Assembly: GCA_937881855.1 (NCBI GenBank)
Contig: CALGEL010000059.1
Location: forward strand, 123,032-180,428
Length of the DNA stretch: 57,397 nt
Direction: 5' to 3'
Origin: an uncultured Clostridia bacterium
Lineage (GTDB): Bacteria; Bacillota; Clostridia; Oscillospirales; QAKW01
Made by a program: the position numbers and the translations under genes
The notes under the pieces: generated by a model
Seen by the model: only the letters and a program-made list of their open reading frames with translations
The model's database searches: none
Told to the model about the DNA's origin: nothing
Shown: piece after piece, positions 45,132 to 55,280 of the stretch
Position numbering within the stretch: position 1 is the first letter of the stretch
Layout: each line of letters begins with the position of its first letter

Positions 45132-46133
45132 TTATTTCTTATTTTTTTGAACTCTTAAAAAACCAACTGCAAACATTAAAACGCTGATAGATAGCATCCC
45201 TATTATAAAAATTAAGTAGACATTTCCCGCAACGCACTGCGCCCAATTGTGAAAATCTACCTCATAGTGGTTTTCATTCAGTCCAAACAGTGTATTTATG
45301 ACATAACCCATATAGTAATAAATGCAAGATGATACACCCGCGCAAACACCTGCTTTAAAGAACCCATTAAAAGAAAACATGCAAACTACGGAACAAAAAA
45401 TAACAGGAATAAACGCATAAATCGTTACGAGAATTGCCGACCCAAGCATAAAGGACCGCCAACTATATACACACAAAAGAATCAGTATTGTCAGTACCAA
45501 AACCGCTGTAAAAACTATAACAAATTTGAAACGGAATAGCCTTGTTTTAGATAGTAAAATTGGCCCAAAAACCAACACATATCCAATCAATGTTCCGATG
45601 CAGGCCACGGGAAACCAATATAACCCCTCCGTATACGCTGCGCAGGCATATAGAAGCAAGCATATTGAAGCAAAACTTGTCAATGTAAAAACAAGCAGTT
45701 TTTTTGACTTAAAGAAAGATGTAAACGTCGGGACAAACGCATAAGCACAAAGCAGTGCGGCAAATACAATAAAAAACCAAGACAATGTTTTTTCTATGGC
45801 AAGATTGCAAATAAAGCAAGTCAAGAGTGCAACAATATACGAAATTGTGGGAACCCAAAACCAAACACCGCGAATTACGCGAAAATTATGCGCCTCTTGC
45901 CGAATTCTTCTTGTATCATTGTCAGTCGAAGCAGTAATCAATTCGTGCTCGCTTATGCCAAGAACACGGCATATATCGGAAATTAAACTTATATCGGGAT
46001 AGGATACGCCACGCTCCCACTTGCTTATAGCATTTTTACTCACATACAGCATTTCCGCCAAATCTTTTTGAGAATAATTTTTTTCAGTTCGTTTTAATTT
46101 AATGTACGAACCAAATGTTTTCTTATCGGTCAT
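45132..46133 (-). CDS. XRE-family HTH domain fused to a polytopic membrane domain
   Basis: The N-terminus (FGSYIKLKRTEKNYSQKDLAEMLYVSKNAISKWERG) is a Cro/C1 HTH. About eight hydrophobic segments follow. Confidence 0.8.
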   Translation of the reverse strand: MTDKKTFGSYIKLKRTEKNYSQKDLAEMLYVSKNAISKWERGVSYPDISLISDICRVLGISEHELITASTDNDTRRIRQEAHNFRVIRGVWFWVPTISYIVALLTCFICNLAIEKTLSWFFIVFAALLCAYAFVPTFTSFFKSKKLLVFTLTSFASICLLLYACAAYTEGLYWFPVACIGTLIGYVLVFGPILLSKTRLFRFKFVIVFTAVLVLTILILLCVYSWRSFMLGSAILVTIYAFIPVIFCSVVCMFSFNGFFKAGVCAGVSSCIYYYMGYVINTLFGLNENHYEVDFHNWAQCVAGNVYLIFIIGMLSISVLMFAVGFLRVQKNKK

Positions 46134-46154
46134 ATCGGTTCACCTCCATCCATC

Positions 46155-46183
46155 ATTCTATGGCAAATAACGATAATCGTCAA
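46155..46183 (-). promoter_or_regulatory. Candidate sigma-A promoter for the XRE-membrane gene
   Basis: On the - strand: TTGACG (46183-46178), a 17-nt spacer, then TAGAAT (46160-46155). GGAGGTG lies before the ATG. Confidence 0.5.
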
Positions 46184-46208
46184 TGAACCGTTAATCCACC
46201 ACGGTTTT

Positions 46209-47279
46209 TTATAATATAATCAATTCTTTTGGAGATTTCGTTATATTCTCGCATCCATCTTCTTTAATAACAACCATATCCTCAATTCGAACGCCAAATT
46301 GGCCCTCCAAATAGATTCCGGGTTCAACCGTCAATACCATTCCCGGTTTCAATATGGTTGAATCTGTTGTGTTAAAGGAAGGCGCTTCATGAATTTCCAG
46401 ACCAACACTATGACCAAGCCCATGACCAAAGCAACCTTCAAAACCTTGATTATATATATAATCTCTGGCAACACGATCAACTTCTTTGCAAACAACACCC
46501 GATTTAATTTGTTCCAATGCAAGGTTTTGGGCAAAAAGAACGGCATCATAAACCTTATGTTGCAAATCACTCACATTACCAACCGCAACTGTTCTGGTCA
46601 TATCCGAACGATACCCATTGATCACAGCGCCAAAATCCATCGTTATAAAATCGCCATCTTCGATCGTTTTGTTTGTTGGGACACCATGCGGCATTGAAGA
46701 ATTCTTCCCCGAAACTACAACAAAGTCAAACGAAACCCCCTCACTCCCCTGTTTTCGCATATAAAATTCCATATCGAGCATAATTTCCTGCTCTGTTCTT
46801 CCCCTTTTAATGCGATCAAGAATATAAGAGAAGGTATCATCTGTCAGCCGTTGCGCTTCTTTTATATTTTTGATTTCTTTTAAGGTTTTGATGGAGCGAA
46901 GTTCTAAAATTTTATCATTGATGCTTGAATCCATGGAAATTTCACAGCCAGAAGGCAACATCTCTCGATACTTAAAAAAGGTATCCATCGTTGCATATGA
47001 GGTTTCCAAAATGATTTTTCTGATTTTATGTTTTTGAATATAGGTGTTTAAAGTTTTTGAAGTACTTTTCAAAAGCGAAACCGAACAATGCTTGATTTCA
47101 CTTTTTGCTTTTTCAAAATAGCGAAAATCAACATAAAACGATGCATCCGACGCTGTAATTAACAGTAATCCTGCCGACGAACAAAATCCTGTGAAATAAA
47201 GCCGATTTACATCTTCTGAAACGATCAAAAGTTCATCATTAGCCAATTCGCTTTGTATTTTTGCTATGCGCTTTTCCAT
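46209..47279 (-). CDS. pepP: M24B Xaa-Pro aminopeptidase/dipeptidase
   Basis: Creatinase-like N-domain plus metal ligands (DFGA..NGY.SD.TRT, HGLGHSVGLEIHE, EPG.Y....GVRIED). Start is ATG 47279, after aggtgg. Confidence 0.9.
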   Translation of the reverse strand: MEKRIAKIQSELANDELLIVSEDVNRLYFTGFCSSAGLLLITASDASFYVDFRYFEKAKSEIKHCSVSLLKSTSKTLNTYIQKHKIRKIILETSYATMDTFFKYREMLPSGCEISMDSSINDKILELRSIKTLKEIKNIKEAQRLTDDTFSYILDRIKRGRTEQEIMLDMEFYMRKQGSEGVSFDFVVVSGKNSSMPHGVPTNKTIEDGDFITMDFGAVINGYRSDMTRTVAVGNVSDLQHKVYDAVLFAQNLALEQIKSGVVCKEVDRVARDYIYNQGFEGCFGHGLGHSVGLEIHEAPSFNTTDSTILKPGMVLTVEPGIYLEGQFGVRIEDMVVIKEDGCENITKSPKELIIL

Positions 47280-47295
47280 AATACCACCTATTTTT

Positions 47296-47327
47296 AATAA
47301 GAGCAAGTCTTTCGACTTGCTCTTATT
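47296..47327 (-). other. 14-bp stem-loop between the TRIC gene stop and the pepP RBS, with no U tract
   Basis: aataagagcaagtc tttc gacttgctcttatt starts directly after the TAA at 47328-47330. It may be an attenuating or stabilising hairpin rather than a full terminator. Confidence 0.35.
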
Positions 47328-47981
47328 TTAATCATCATCAAATGAAATTTTGGGTAATTCCCAATGAAATTTAGCCGCCAATAATCTAATCAGCACTGTG
47401 GATAGCAACACTAAAATCGTTGCAAAAACTTTATAGTTCAAATAAATACTAATCAGATAGTACAGGCAGCAACCAAAAATGGAAACAACCGCATAAATAT
47501 GCTTGGTTAGGATGAATGGTTTCTCATTAACCAACACATCGCGAAGAATTCCTCCGCCTACGCCAGTGATGACACCCAGTGTTATTACTAAAAGAACGTT
47601 ATCTTTCAAGGATGCCAAACACGCCGCTTCTGTTCCTGCAATGGTAAACGCTGCCAAGCCCAAGGCATCAAATAGTATATTGATGGTATCAAATTTTTCA
47701 CTCAACACTTTAAAATTCTTTCGATAGAAAAATGTGATGAGAAAAACGATAATCGAAGTAGCCACAGCAACCAATACAATAAGCGGATTTGAAAATATTT
47801 TCGGCGGTGTATTCCCTATCATGGTATCTCGAATAATACCTCCGCCAACTGCGGTTATAGCACCTACTGTTGTAACGCCGAATAAATCCAGATTATGCCT
47901 AATCGCAACAATGGAACCGGAAACGGCAAAGGATATTGTTCCTATCCATTCAGTAATCAATAAGATGGTTTCACTTATCAA
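47328..47981 (-). CDS. TRIC/UPF0126 (YadS-like) cation-channel-family membrane protein
   Basis: Two internal repeats each carry G.....GGG..RD (GAITAVGGGIIRD and GVITGVGGGILRD). Seven TM segments; TTG start. Confidence 0.75.
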   Translation of the reverse strand: MISETILLITEWIGTISFAVSGSIVAIRHNLDLFGVTTVGAITAVGGGIIRDTMIGNTPPKIFSNPLIVLVAVATSIIVFLITFFYRKNFKVLSEKFDTINILFDALGLAAFTIAGTEAACLASLKDNVLLVITLGVITGVGGGILRDVLVNEKPFILTKHIYAVVSIFGCCLYYLISIYLNYKVFATILVLLSTVLIRLLAAKFHWELPKISFDDD

Positions 47982-48011
47982 AAAAAATCACCGCCTATGG
48001 TATATTTGAAA

Positions 48012-48437
48012 TTATCCCAATGCTACCATGCTGAAAACAAGTGCAAACAAAGCAACGGTTTCACAAAGGCCGACAACAGTAATATACTGCGAGAAACCTT
48101 TGCCGGTTTCAGCTAAAGCATCTGCGCCTGCGGCACCGGCCTTGCCTTGAAAATAGGCCGACATCGCGATAACAACACCGGATGCAATTCCAAGACCGAA
48201 CAAAAATGTAGGATCGGCAGAGGAAGCCTTCATCTGCTGCATCAAAAGAAAACCGTAAATTGTCTGAGTAAGCGGAGCACCGGCAAAAACGGTAAGAATA
48301 AACGGTGCAGCCTTATTACTCATATAGCACTTTTTCCATGCTCCGATCGAAGCTTGACCTGCGATACCGATACCGATAGCCGATCCGATTGCGGAAATGC
48401 CCATTGTTAATGCTGTTGCAAGTAATCCTAAATTCAT
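48012..48437 (-). CDS. ntpK: V-type ATPase proteolipid subunit K (four-helix, about 16 kDa)
   Basis: 141 aa from ATG 48437, which follows aaaggaga. It is a duplicated c-subunit hairpin containing PLTQTIYGF, YFQGKAGAAG and GLCETVALF. Confidence 0.85.
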   Translation of the reverse strand: MNLGLLATALTMGISAIGSAIGIGIAGQASIGAWKKCYMSNKAAPFILTVFAGAPLTQTIYGFLLMQQMKASSADPTFLFGLGIASGVVIAMSAYFQGKAGAAGADALAETGKGFSQYITVVGLCETVALFALVFSMVALG

Positions 48438-48458
48438 AATGATTCTCCTTTTAATCAA

Positions 48459-50372
48459 TTATTCTTTAAATGGTTTAAATTTATGCCCACTCCACGACAT
48501 ATCTAAGTGTGAAGAGAACTCCAAGGTGTTCAGTCTGATTCCGTGAACGATAACAGACAAAACATTTAATATCATATTCAATCCGTGTCCAAACACCAAA
48601 AGAACGATGGCAAGGATCATAAACAATAAGTTGCCGAAAAACGGGCTTACAAGTTCATTTACTGTGGCAGAAATTGCAGCTCCTGCAAGACCAACAGCCC
48701 ACAGACGGATATACGAAACAATATCCGAGAACACATTTACCACACCAAGCAAAACAGATACAATGTCTGTAAGGCTTGAAAGTATGGATTTTAAGATACT
48801 TCCCTCATAGTTTGCAAACACAAAACTCAGGAAAAAACCAAGCCCGATCATTGCAATAGCCACCGTCCCCACAGGAACGCCGCCAATTACGAGTCCAAAA
48901 CTGAACACTTCGGGATTAACAACCAAGCTTAGTACCACATAATAAATGCCAAAAAGTTGCAATATCGAGCCTATATCACCCAACATTTTAATTGAACGCT
49001 TGTTTCTGACAGCACCCTTTATATGAGCAACTGTAAGCTGTACCAAGGCCAACGTAAAACAGAAAATCTGCAGGTTTTGAGCGGTGGTAAGCCCTACCCC
49101 ATCGGAAGTCCAAGGCAAACTCCAAAGTTTATCTGCATAAACATTTGAAATCACCGGTACGGATAGGCTCTTTAACCATCCCGGCAACTGTTCCGCAGAA
49201 AGACCAAACCAAGTACAAGTAAGCGTCCCCCACAGAATTGTTGAGAGACCGAAAAGGCCCACAAGCAGAAAAATGGGTGAAATTGGCTTCTTGGCAATAA
49301 GTGATTTTATAATCGGTATGGCAGCAACTGCACAAATCAGCAGTCCGTATCCCCCATCGCCAAAAATAATGCCAAAGAAGATGAGTACAAACATTAAAAA
49401 CCAACCCGAGATGTCATACTCAAAATATCCCGGAACTGTACCCAAAAAATCAAGCAGCGGATAAATAAGGCTTACAAACTTATTGTTTTGAAGTTTGGTG
49501 GGCACATGATCCTCTTCGCTTGGATCTTTGACGAGAAGTCCCCAAGAATTATCCTTTGCAATCTGCTTTAATTGATCAAGGTTTTCCGCCTCAATATAGC
49601 CTTCAAAATAGGAAACGGAAACTGCTTGACTACTATCGGAAGATAGGTTTTCATCTTCCATACCCGTAGCATAGGTTTCAAATTCAATGTCCTTCTCCAA
49701 AGCTTCTACTGCCTTTTTTATGCTATCGAAATAACATACATAGGCTGCGATCTGATCATCAATCGCTTTGATTCGATCATTTAAGCTTGAAACTTTTTGC
49801 CTCATTTGATCGGTAGATACTTGCGGTAACGTTAATCGACAGTTGTTTAAAGAAGATATGATTTTATCGTCATCGACCGAATCAGATTCAAGCAATAAAA
49901 ACTTAACCGACGATTTAGTTGCATCGATCTTTACTGTTTGAACATTGTCCGGCAATGCATCATACTCGGATTTTGGCATCTCATAAAAAGATACTTTTAT
50001 CCTTTTTTCTGCCAATTCGCTTATACTGTCCGGATCAATATCTCCCCATTCTTGAAGACGGTCAAGTTCAGAATGCAAAGCAATCTGTTCTGCTTGACAT
50101 TGTTTTTTCTCTTCGTCGAGAGATACAATCTCCTTTGCAATGGACAAAGCCTGCGCAGTACTTACATCTTTTTGCTCTTCGTTTTTCTTTTTACCTATGG
50201 TGAAAAGTGCATTTTCGAGCAAAACAATTTGTTCATGAAATTCTATAATCCGTTCGCTTGAACCTTCGGTGATATCAATATGGACCACCCCTAATTTGCG
50301 AAGTTTTTTTAGAGTTTCATTCTTTTTATCCCCCCGTATGATGAGAGATATTTTTTTCATAGGCACTATCAT
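48459..50372 (-). CDS. ntpI: V-type ATPase subunit I (stator/a-subunit)
   Basis: 637 aa. A soluble coiled N-half is followed by a polytopic C-half with a conserved Arg context (SYIRLWAVGLAG). Confidence 0.85.
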   Translation of the reverse strand: MIVPMKKISLIIRGDKKNETLKKLRKLGVVHIDITEGSSERIIEFHEQIVLLENALFTIGKKKNEEQKDVSTAQALSIAKEIVSLDEEKKQCQAEQIALHSELDRLQEWGDIDPDSISELAEKRIKVSFYEMPKSEYDALPDNVQTVKIDATKSSVKFLLLESDSVDDDKIISSLNNCRLTLPQVSTDQMRQKVSSLNDRIKAIDDQIAAYVCYFDSIKKAVEALEKDIEFETYATGMEDENLSSDSSQAVSVSYFEGYIEAENLDQLKQIAKDNSWGLLVKDPSEEDHVPTKLQNNKFVSLIYPLLDFLGTVPGYFEYDISGWFLMFVLIFFGIIFGDGGYGLLICAVAAIPIIKSLIAKKPISPIFLLVGLFGLSTILWGTLTCTWFGLSAEQLPGWLKSLSVPVISNVYADKLWSLPWTSDGVGLTTAQNLQIFCFTLALVQLTVAHIKGAVRNKRSIKMLGDIGSILQLFGIYYVVLSLVVNPEVFSFGLVIGGVPVGTVAIAMIGLGFFLSFVFANYEGSILKSILSSLTDIVSVLLGVVNVFSDIVSYIRLWAVGLAGAAISATVNELVSPFFGNLLFMILAIVLLVFGHGLNMILNVLSVIVHGIRLNTLEFSSHLDMSWSGHKFKPFKE

Positions 50373-51001
50373 AATGAATAAACCTCCTTCTCGGAAGCCA
50401 CAGCATTACGAAGGGCTATCTTTCGTTTGGATATTTTTGAACGCACAACGGCATTAACCTGTTGGTCTGCCATATAAATAGATATTTTTTTGATATTTTC
50501 CTCTGTTTCGGGGATTTTAACCTTTTCGAACAGATTAACTCTTTGAGAAGTTGCAAGCAGTTCAACTTCTAACAGTCTGACCTGTTCATCTAACACTTCC
50601 GCCTCTAAATCAAGAGCCATCGCTCTCTCCATATGGTTTGCAGCAATGTCTACCCAAAGAGGTGTTTCGTAGAGATCGTAGTCGCCTCTGTAAAAATCCG
50701 CGCCCTCATAGGTTGGAATATCAACACCGGCAATATTTCCCGCACCTTTACGGATATTACCGATTGTTATAATTCCATCGGGAAAAGCACCTGTTTCGCT
50801 AAAAACAGCGATCCATTCTCTAAACCCAAGTTCAAGGTTTTCTCTTTCTTTTCTGACTGCCTTCGCCTTGGCTTCGATTGTGCGGATTTCTGATTGGAGT
50901 TGTTGCTTTTTCAGTGTCAGAGTAGGCAAATATCTGCGGTACATTTTCAGCGCGTCCTTTTGTACCTTTAACTCATTTTTAGTTAGTTTGATTTTTGCCA
51001 A
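50369..51001 (-). CDS. ntpD: V-type ATPase subunit D
   Basis: A 210-aa coiled-coil protein (KLTKNELK.QKD.L....RYLPTL.LK...L) with a TTG start after aaggagga, in the position after subunit B. Confidence 0.8.
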   Translation of the reverse strand: MAKIKLTKNELKVQKDALKMYRRYLPTLTLKKQQLQSEIRTIEAKAKAVRKERENLELGFREWIAVFSETGAFPDGIITIGNIRKGAGNIAGVDIPTYEGADFYRGDYDLYETPLWVDIAANHMERAMALDLEAEVLDEQVRLLEVELLATSQRVNLFEKVKIPETEENIKKISIYMADQQVNAVVRSKISKRKIALRNAVASEKEVYSL

Positions 51002-51015
51002 ATTAACAGTCCTCC

Positions 51016-52311
51016 TTACCCTTCAGGCCAAAATTCATCAGTAAGGTCTGACTTGATTCCGGTTTCTTGCTTTTCAAAGCAATCCGCTAAGATTTCCCAT
51101 CCCAAATCGAGCGCACCTTCAAGGGATAGATTAACCGATAAGTCCATCAGCTTATTTTCAAAGAGATCACCGTATTTCAGCAATTTTTCGTCCCAACGAC
51201 TCATTGAAAAACCCATATTTTTCTTTTCAAGCGTTTCCTTATAGGACGAATACAAGCGTATCATTGCGTCCATCAATGCGCGATGGTCTTTTCGTGTTTT
51301 GTTGTTAACATTTTGCTTCAAACGGGAAAGCGAGCCAAACGGTTCAATACGGCCGCCTTTAAGGTAATACTGACCCTCGGTGATATAGCCTGTGTTATCG
51401 GGAACAGGATGTGTTACATCATCGCCGGGCATCGTAGTAACCGCCAAAACAGTAACCGAGCCGGAATCAGCAAAGTCCACCGCCTTTTCATAGCGAGCGG
51501 CAAGCTGAGAATAAAGATCGCCGGGATATCCGCGGTTCGACGGCACCTGCTCTTGCGTAATTGCAATTTCTTTCATAGCATCCGCAAAGTTGGTCATATC
51601 GGTAAGGAGCACCAAAACATCTTTATTTTGGAGTGCAAACTGCTCAGCTACCGCCAGCACCATATCAGGTATCATCATACATTCAACAGTCGGGTCGGAT
51701 GCTGTATGAATAAACATAACAGTTTTGCTCAAAGCGCCGCCTTTGGAAAGCGCATCTTTGAAATATAAGAAATCGTCATATTTCAGGCCCATACCGCCGA
51801 GCAAAATGACATCGGCCTCTGCCTGCATCGCAATACGAGCAAGAAGTTGGTTATACGGCTCGCCGGAAATAGAGAAAATGGGCAATTTTTGAGAAACAAC
51901 TAAGGTGTTAAACATATCAATCATAGGAATGTTGGTTCTCATCATTCGATTGGCAAGGATACGTTTTGTGGGGTTGACAGAAGGGCCGCCGATCGGCTTC
52001 ATATTTTCCGTAAGAGCGGGACCATTATCTCTCGGTTCGCCGGATCCGTTAAATATACGACCCAACAAATCTTCACTAAACGATACTCGCATCTCTCGGC
52101 CAAGGAAGCGTACTTCGTCGCCTGTGGAAACACCTTGACCGCCGGCAAATACTTGAAGCGATACAATATCTCCCTCCATCTTATTAACCTGCGCCAAAGA
52201 TTTGCCGAAACGTGTATTGATCTGCGCCAATTCCTTATACTTAACACCGGTTGCTCGGACAGTGATAACATTACCGTTAATGGACTCTATTCGGTTATAT
52301 ACTTTGTTCAC
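51016..52311 (-). CDS. ntpB: V-type ATPase subunit B
   Basis: 431 aa with the non-catalytic B-subunit pattern ([56 protein letters not shown]). Confidence 0.9.
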   Translation of the reverse strand: MNKVYNRIESINGNVITVRATGVKYKELAQINTRFGKSLAQVNKMEGDIVSLQVFAGGQGVSTGDEVRFLGREMRVSFSEDLLGRIFNGSGEPRDNGPALTENMKPIGGPSVNPTKRILANRMMRTNIPMIDMFNTLVVSQKLPIFSISGEPYNQLLARIAMQAEADVILLGGMGLKYDDFLYFKDALSKGGALSKTVMFIHTASDPTVECMMIPDMVLAVAEQFALQNKDVLVLLTDMTNFADAMKEIAITQEQVPSNRGYPGDLYSQLAARYEKAVDFADSGSVTVLAVTTMPGDDVTHPVPDNTGYITEGQYYLKGGRIEPFGSLSRLKQNVNNKTRKDHRALMDAMIRLYSSYKETLEKKNMGFSMSRWDEKLLKYGDLFENKLMDLSVNLSLEGALDLGWEILADCFEKQETGIKSDLTDEFWPEG

Positions 52312-52313
52312 TC

Positions 52314-54083
52314 TTATTCACCATCCTTTAATAATTTTTCGGCAAGTGCGGTTAATTTACCGCTACCATTCTGATACAATGCATCAATTTCAGATTCAGC
52401 TTTTTTGAATGCTTCGCTCTCAAATTCAGCATAATTCCAGTCGATAAATTTCTGGCGCATCTGGTTAAAGAAACTACGCGCATCGTCTCTGTTTTGAACA
52501 GCATAATCGCTGCCCAAAACATACACTAATTTATCGGTGACATAGCGTTGACGCAATTTTCCGCAGTTCGCCTCAACCAAATCAAAGGAGTTCTGCTGCA
52601 AATAAACGGCATCCAGCATTTCAGATTTCAGAAAGACAATATAGTCAGAAAGCGTAGTACCCTCTTCGCCAACAACTTTCATCATAGAACCAATCTCATC
52701 GCCGTGATGGAGAATATCTTTGCAAAAATCCAACTTTTTATTGTCGATAACACTATCATATTTCGACCAAGAGATCAGCGGATCGATTGCGGGATACTTT
52801 CTTGCATCCGAACGCTCACGAGAAAGGCCGTGGAAAGCACCTACAACCTTTAAGGTTGCCTGTGTTACAGGTTCTTCAAAGTTACCACCTGCCGGAGAAA
52901 CCGTACCGCCGATAGTAACAGAACCTGTACTTCCGTCCGGCAAGCGAACATAACCTGCTCTTTCATAAAATGCGGCGATATAGGATTCCAAATATGCAGG
53001 GAAAGCTTCCTCGCCGGGAATTTCTTCAAGTCTGCCCGACATTTCGCGCATCGCCTGCGCCCAACGGGATGTCGAATCTGCCAACATAAGAACATGAAGG
53101 CCCATCTGTCGATAGTACTCGGCAAGTGTTACCGCAGTATAAACCGAAGCTTCACGGGAAGCAACAGGCATCGAAGAAGTATTACAGATGATAATGGTGC
53201 GTTCCATAAGCGAACGTCCGGTTTTGGGATCCGTCAGTTCGGGGAATTCCGTAAGGGTTTCAACAACTTCACCGGCACGCTCCCCGCAGGCCGCAATAAT
53301 AACGATATCCACATCCGCATACTTTGATGTGGTATGCTGTAAGACTGTTTTTCCCGCGCCGAACGGTCCGGGAGTACAATAGGTACCGCCCTTAGCTACA
53401 GGAAAAAACGAATCAATAAGGCGCACCTTTGTTTCCATTGTTTCAACCGGCGCCAATCTCTCGCTGTAACACTTCACTGCGCGTTTAACAGGCCATTTGA
53501 AAGACATCGATAAAGGGATGTCGCGACCGCGCTCATCGGTTATAACTGCAATCGTTTCTTTAATGGTATATTGGCCCTTTTCTGCAATAGATTTAACCGT
53601 ATAGTTTCCAATAAGATAAAAGGGAACAAAAATTTTATGCGTAAACGAGCCTTCGGGAACACTTCCAATATATTCACCCGCGCGAACAACATCGCCAACA
53701 TTTGCAGTCGGTGTGAACTCCCATTTCTTTTCAGAATTCAAGCTGTCTGCATAAATTCCTCTCTCTAAAAACCAGCCTGCCTGTTCCGCCAAAATAGGAA
53801 GCGGATTTTGCAGTCCGTCATAGATTTGGCCAAGCAAACCGGGACCGAGATCTGCAGAGAGCATGTCCCCTGCAAATTCAACATCATCTCCACATTTGAT
53901 GCCGTCGGTCATTTCATAAACCTGAATTTGAGCGATATTTCCTTTTATACGGATAACCTCGCTCTTAAGCTTGGTATTATCCACCAAAACATAGCAAATT
54001 TCATTCATAGAAACATTGCCGTCGAATTCTACCGACACCAAGTTTCCGTTTATACTTACTACCTTTCCTTTATTCTCGGTCAT
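52314..54083 (-). CDS. ntpA: V-type ATPase catalytic subunit A
   Basis: 589 aa with Walker [36 protein letters not shown], and the A-subunit-specific insertion after the N-terminal barrel. Confidence 0.95.
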   Translation of the reverse strand: MTENKGKVVSINGNLVSVEFDGNVSMNEICYVLVDNTKLKSEVIRIKGNIAQIQVYEMTDGIKCGDDVEFAGDMLSADLGPGLLGQIYDGLQNPLPILAEQAGWFLERGIYADSLNSEKKWEFTPTANVGDVVRAGEYIGSVPEGSFTHKIFVPFYLIGNYTVKSIAEKGQYTIKETIAVITDERGRDIPLSMSFKWPVKRAVKCYSERLAPVETMETKVRLIDSFFPVAKGGTYCTPGPFGAGKTVLQHTTSKYADVDIVIIAACGERAGEVVETLTEFPELTDPKTGRSLMERTIIICNTSSMPVASREASVYTAVTLAEYYRQMGLHVLMLADSTSRWAQAMREMSGRLEEIPGEEAFPAYLESYIAAFYERAGYVRLPDGSTGSVTIGGTVSPAGGNFEEPVTQATLKVVGAFHGLSRERSDARKYPAIDPLISWSKYDSVIDNKKLDFCKDILHHGDEIGSMMKVVGEEGTTLSDYIVFLKSEMLDAVYLQQNSFDLVEANCGKLRQRYVTDKLVYVLGSDYAVQNRDDARSFFNQMRQKFIDWNYAEFESEAFKKAESEIDALYQNGSGKLTALAEKLLKDGE

Positions 54084-54637
54084 TGTATTGCCTCCAACCT
54101 ATCTCCATTTAAAATGGTGCTGTAAATATTTCTGTATGACTCTTCGCCGGCCATTGTGTCGAACTGTCTTATACGGAGGATCAGTTTTAATTTAAGCCCG
54201 TAATAGAAGATGTAATCCTCCGAAAAGTTGTCTGCCGGTCTGAGTGTTTCTAATTTTTCCAGGCGAAAACGATTTAAATATTCTTCCGCTTCCATCGGAT
54301 TTTCTATTTCTACTGCAATATTTGCAGCCTTGATATATTCGAGAGAAAAAATTCTATTTTCTGTATCAAATGTTTTTTTCATTTTCTCAGCCCGAACTTT
54401 ACCAAGCGCAAACCGTAAATTCCGTTCACTTTCATTAAAAGTATCAATCAAGGCTGACCCCGAACTTTCAAAACTTTTCGGTGGAGATAAGGTTATTCTT
54501 TTCAAAACATCCTGCGCCTTTTTCCCCAAAAAGCGATTGCAAAGCTCTATGAATCGTTCCTCCGAAATCGGAAGCGGTGTATTTTCGCCTATTCCATCCA
54601 GGGATGGCAACTGCGAAATTAAATAATACTCAGCCAT
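54080..54637 (-). CDS. DUF2764-like protein in the subunit-C position of the V-ATPase operon
   Basis: 185 aa with N-terminus MAEYYLISQLPSL, typical of DUF2764 as I recall it. It overlaps the ntpA start by 4 nt. Confidence 0.55.
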   Translation of the reverse strand: MAEYYLISQLPSLDGIGENTPLPISEERFIELCNRFLGKKAQDVLKRITLSPPKSFESSGSALIDTFNESERNLRFALGKVRAEKMKKTFDTENRIFSLEYIKAANIAVEIENPMEAEEYLNRFRLEKLETLRPADNFSEDYIFYYGLKLKLILRIRQFDTMAGEESYRNIYSTILNGDRLEAIQ

Positions 54638-54641
54638 ATTA

Positions 54642-55250
54642 TCACTTCGCCTCTTTCAAAAGCTCAGTAACCTTGGGATTAAGATAATTTGAAAGCATAT
54701 CCACAACCGCTTCGGCAGAATAATCATAATATGCACCACCGTCATTTACAGCGATGCGAAATCCACCGTCAAAATTATCATTGGCTTTGAGTGTGACACC
54801 ATTCAACATTTTTTCTTTGAGTGCCGCAAGTAAGGTTTCCTCTACCCTTTTAAGATCTTCGGTATTTAAGATTACTGCGATATCTTCCGCGTCAGGCTTG
54901 TTTGCCCAGTTCTCGACAACGCTCATAATAAGCTGTGCCAACATTTCAGACGAATATATTGCAGTAACATTTTCACCAATAATGGTTTTTAGTTCTCTTG
55001 TTACGCTTTCTCTGAACGAAATCAATAAATTACGACCCGCCTGACGAATAGCATCCTCGCTTGATTTAGTCATTCTTTCGGTCTCGGCTTTCGCACCTGA
55101 CAAAATCTTATCCGCCTGAGCTTGCGCATCTTTGATGATTTTTTCGGCGTCATTTTTTGCTGCATCGATTATAGCATTAGCTTCTGCCTCAGCAACTGCC
55201 ACACCATCGTTCTTGATCTGTTCAATGAGTTCTTGGAGCTGTACTTCCAT
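54642..55250 (-). CDS. ntpE: V-type ATPase subunit E
   Basis: 202 aa with an N-terminal Ala/Glu/Lys coiled coil (AEAEANAIIDAAKNDAEKIIKDAQAQADKIL) and a globular C-domain. RBS aaaggaga. Confidence 0.8.
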   Translation of the reverse strand: MEVQLQELIEQIKNDGVAVAEAEANAIIDAAKNDAEKIIKDAQAQADKILSGAKAETERMTKSSEDAIRQAGRNLLISFRESVTRELKTIIGENVTAIYSSEMLAQLIMSVVENWANKPDAEDIAVILNTEDLKRVEETLLAALKEKMLNGVTLKANDNFDGGFRIAVNDGGAYYDYSAEAVVDMLSNYLNPKVTELLKEAK

Positions 55251-55280
55251 ATTCTATTCTCCTTTATTTGTTAATTTCAT

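Noticed and set aside
46184-46208. A short hairpin (accgt...acggt followed by T6) read on the + strand between pepP and the XRE gene
   Set aside because: No + strand gene ends here. On the relevant - strand the hairpin lacks a U tract and has a 5-6-bp stem with a 9-nt loop. This is not enough to call a terminator.
51283-51768. A 161-aa + strand ORF inside ntpB; similar + strand ORFs lie at 55687-56094 (inside madM), 54228-54626 and 49938-50261
   Set aside because: They are antisense to well-supported V-ATPase and transporter genes in a compact operon and have no independent signals.
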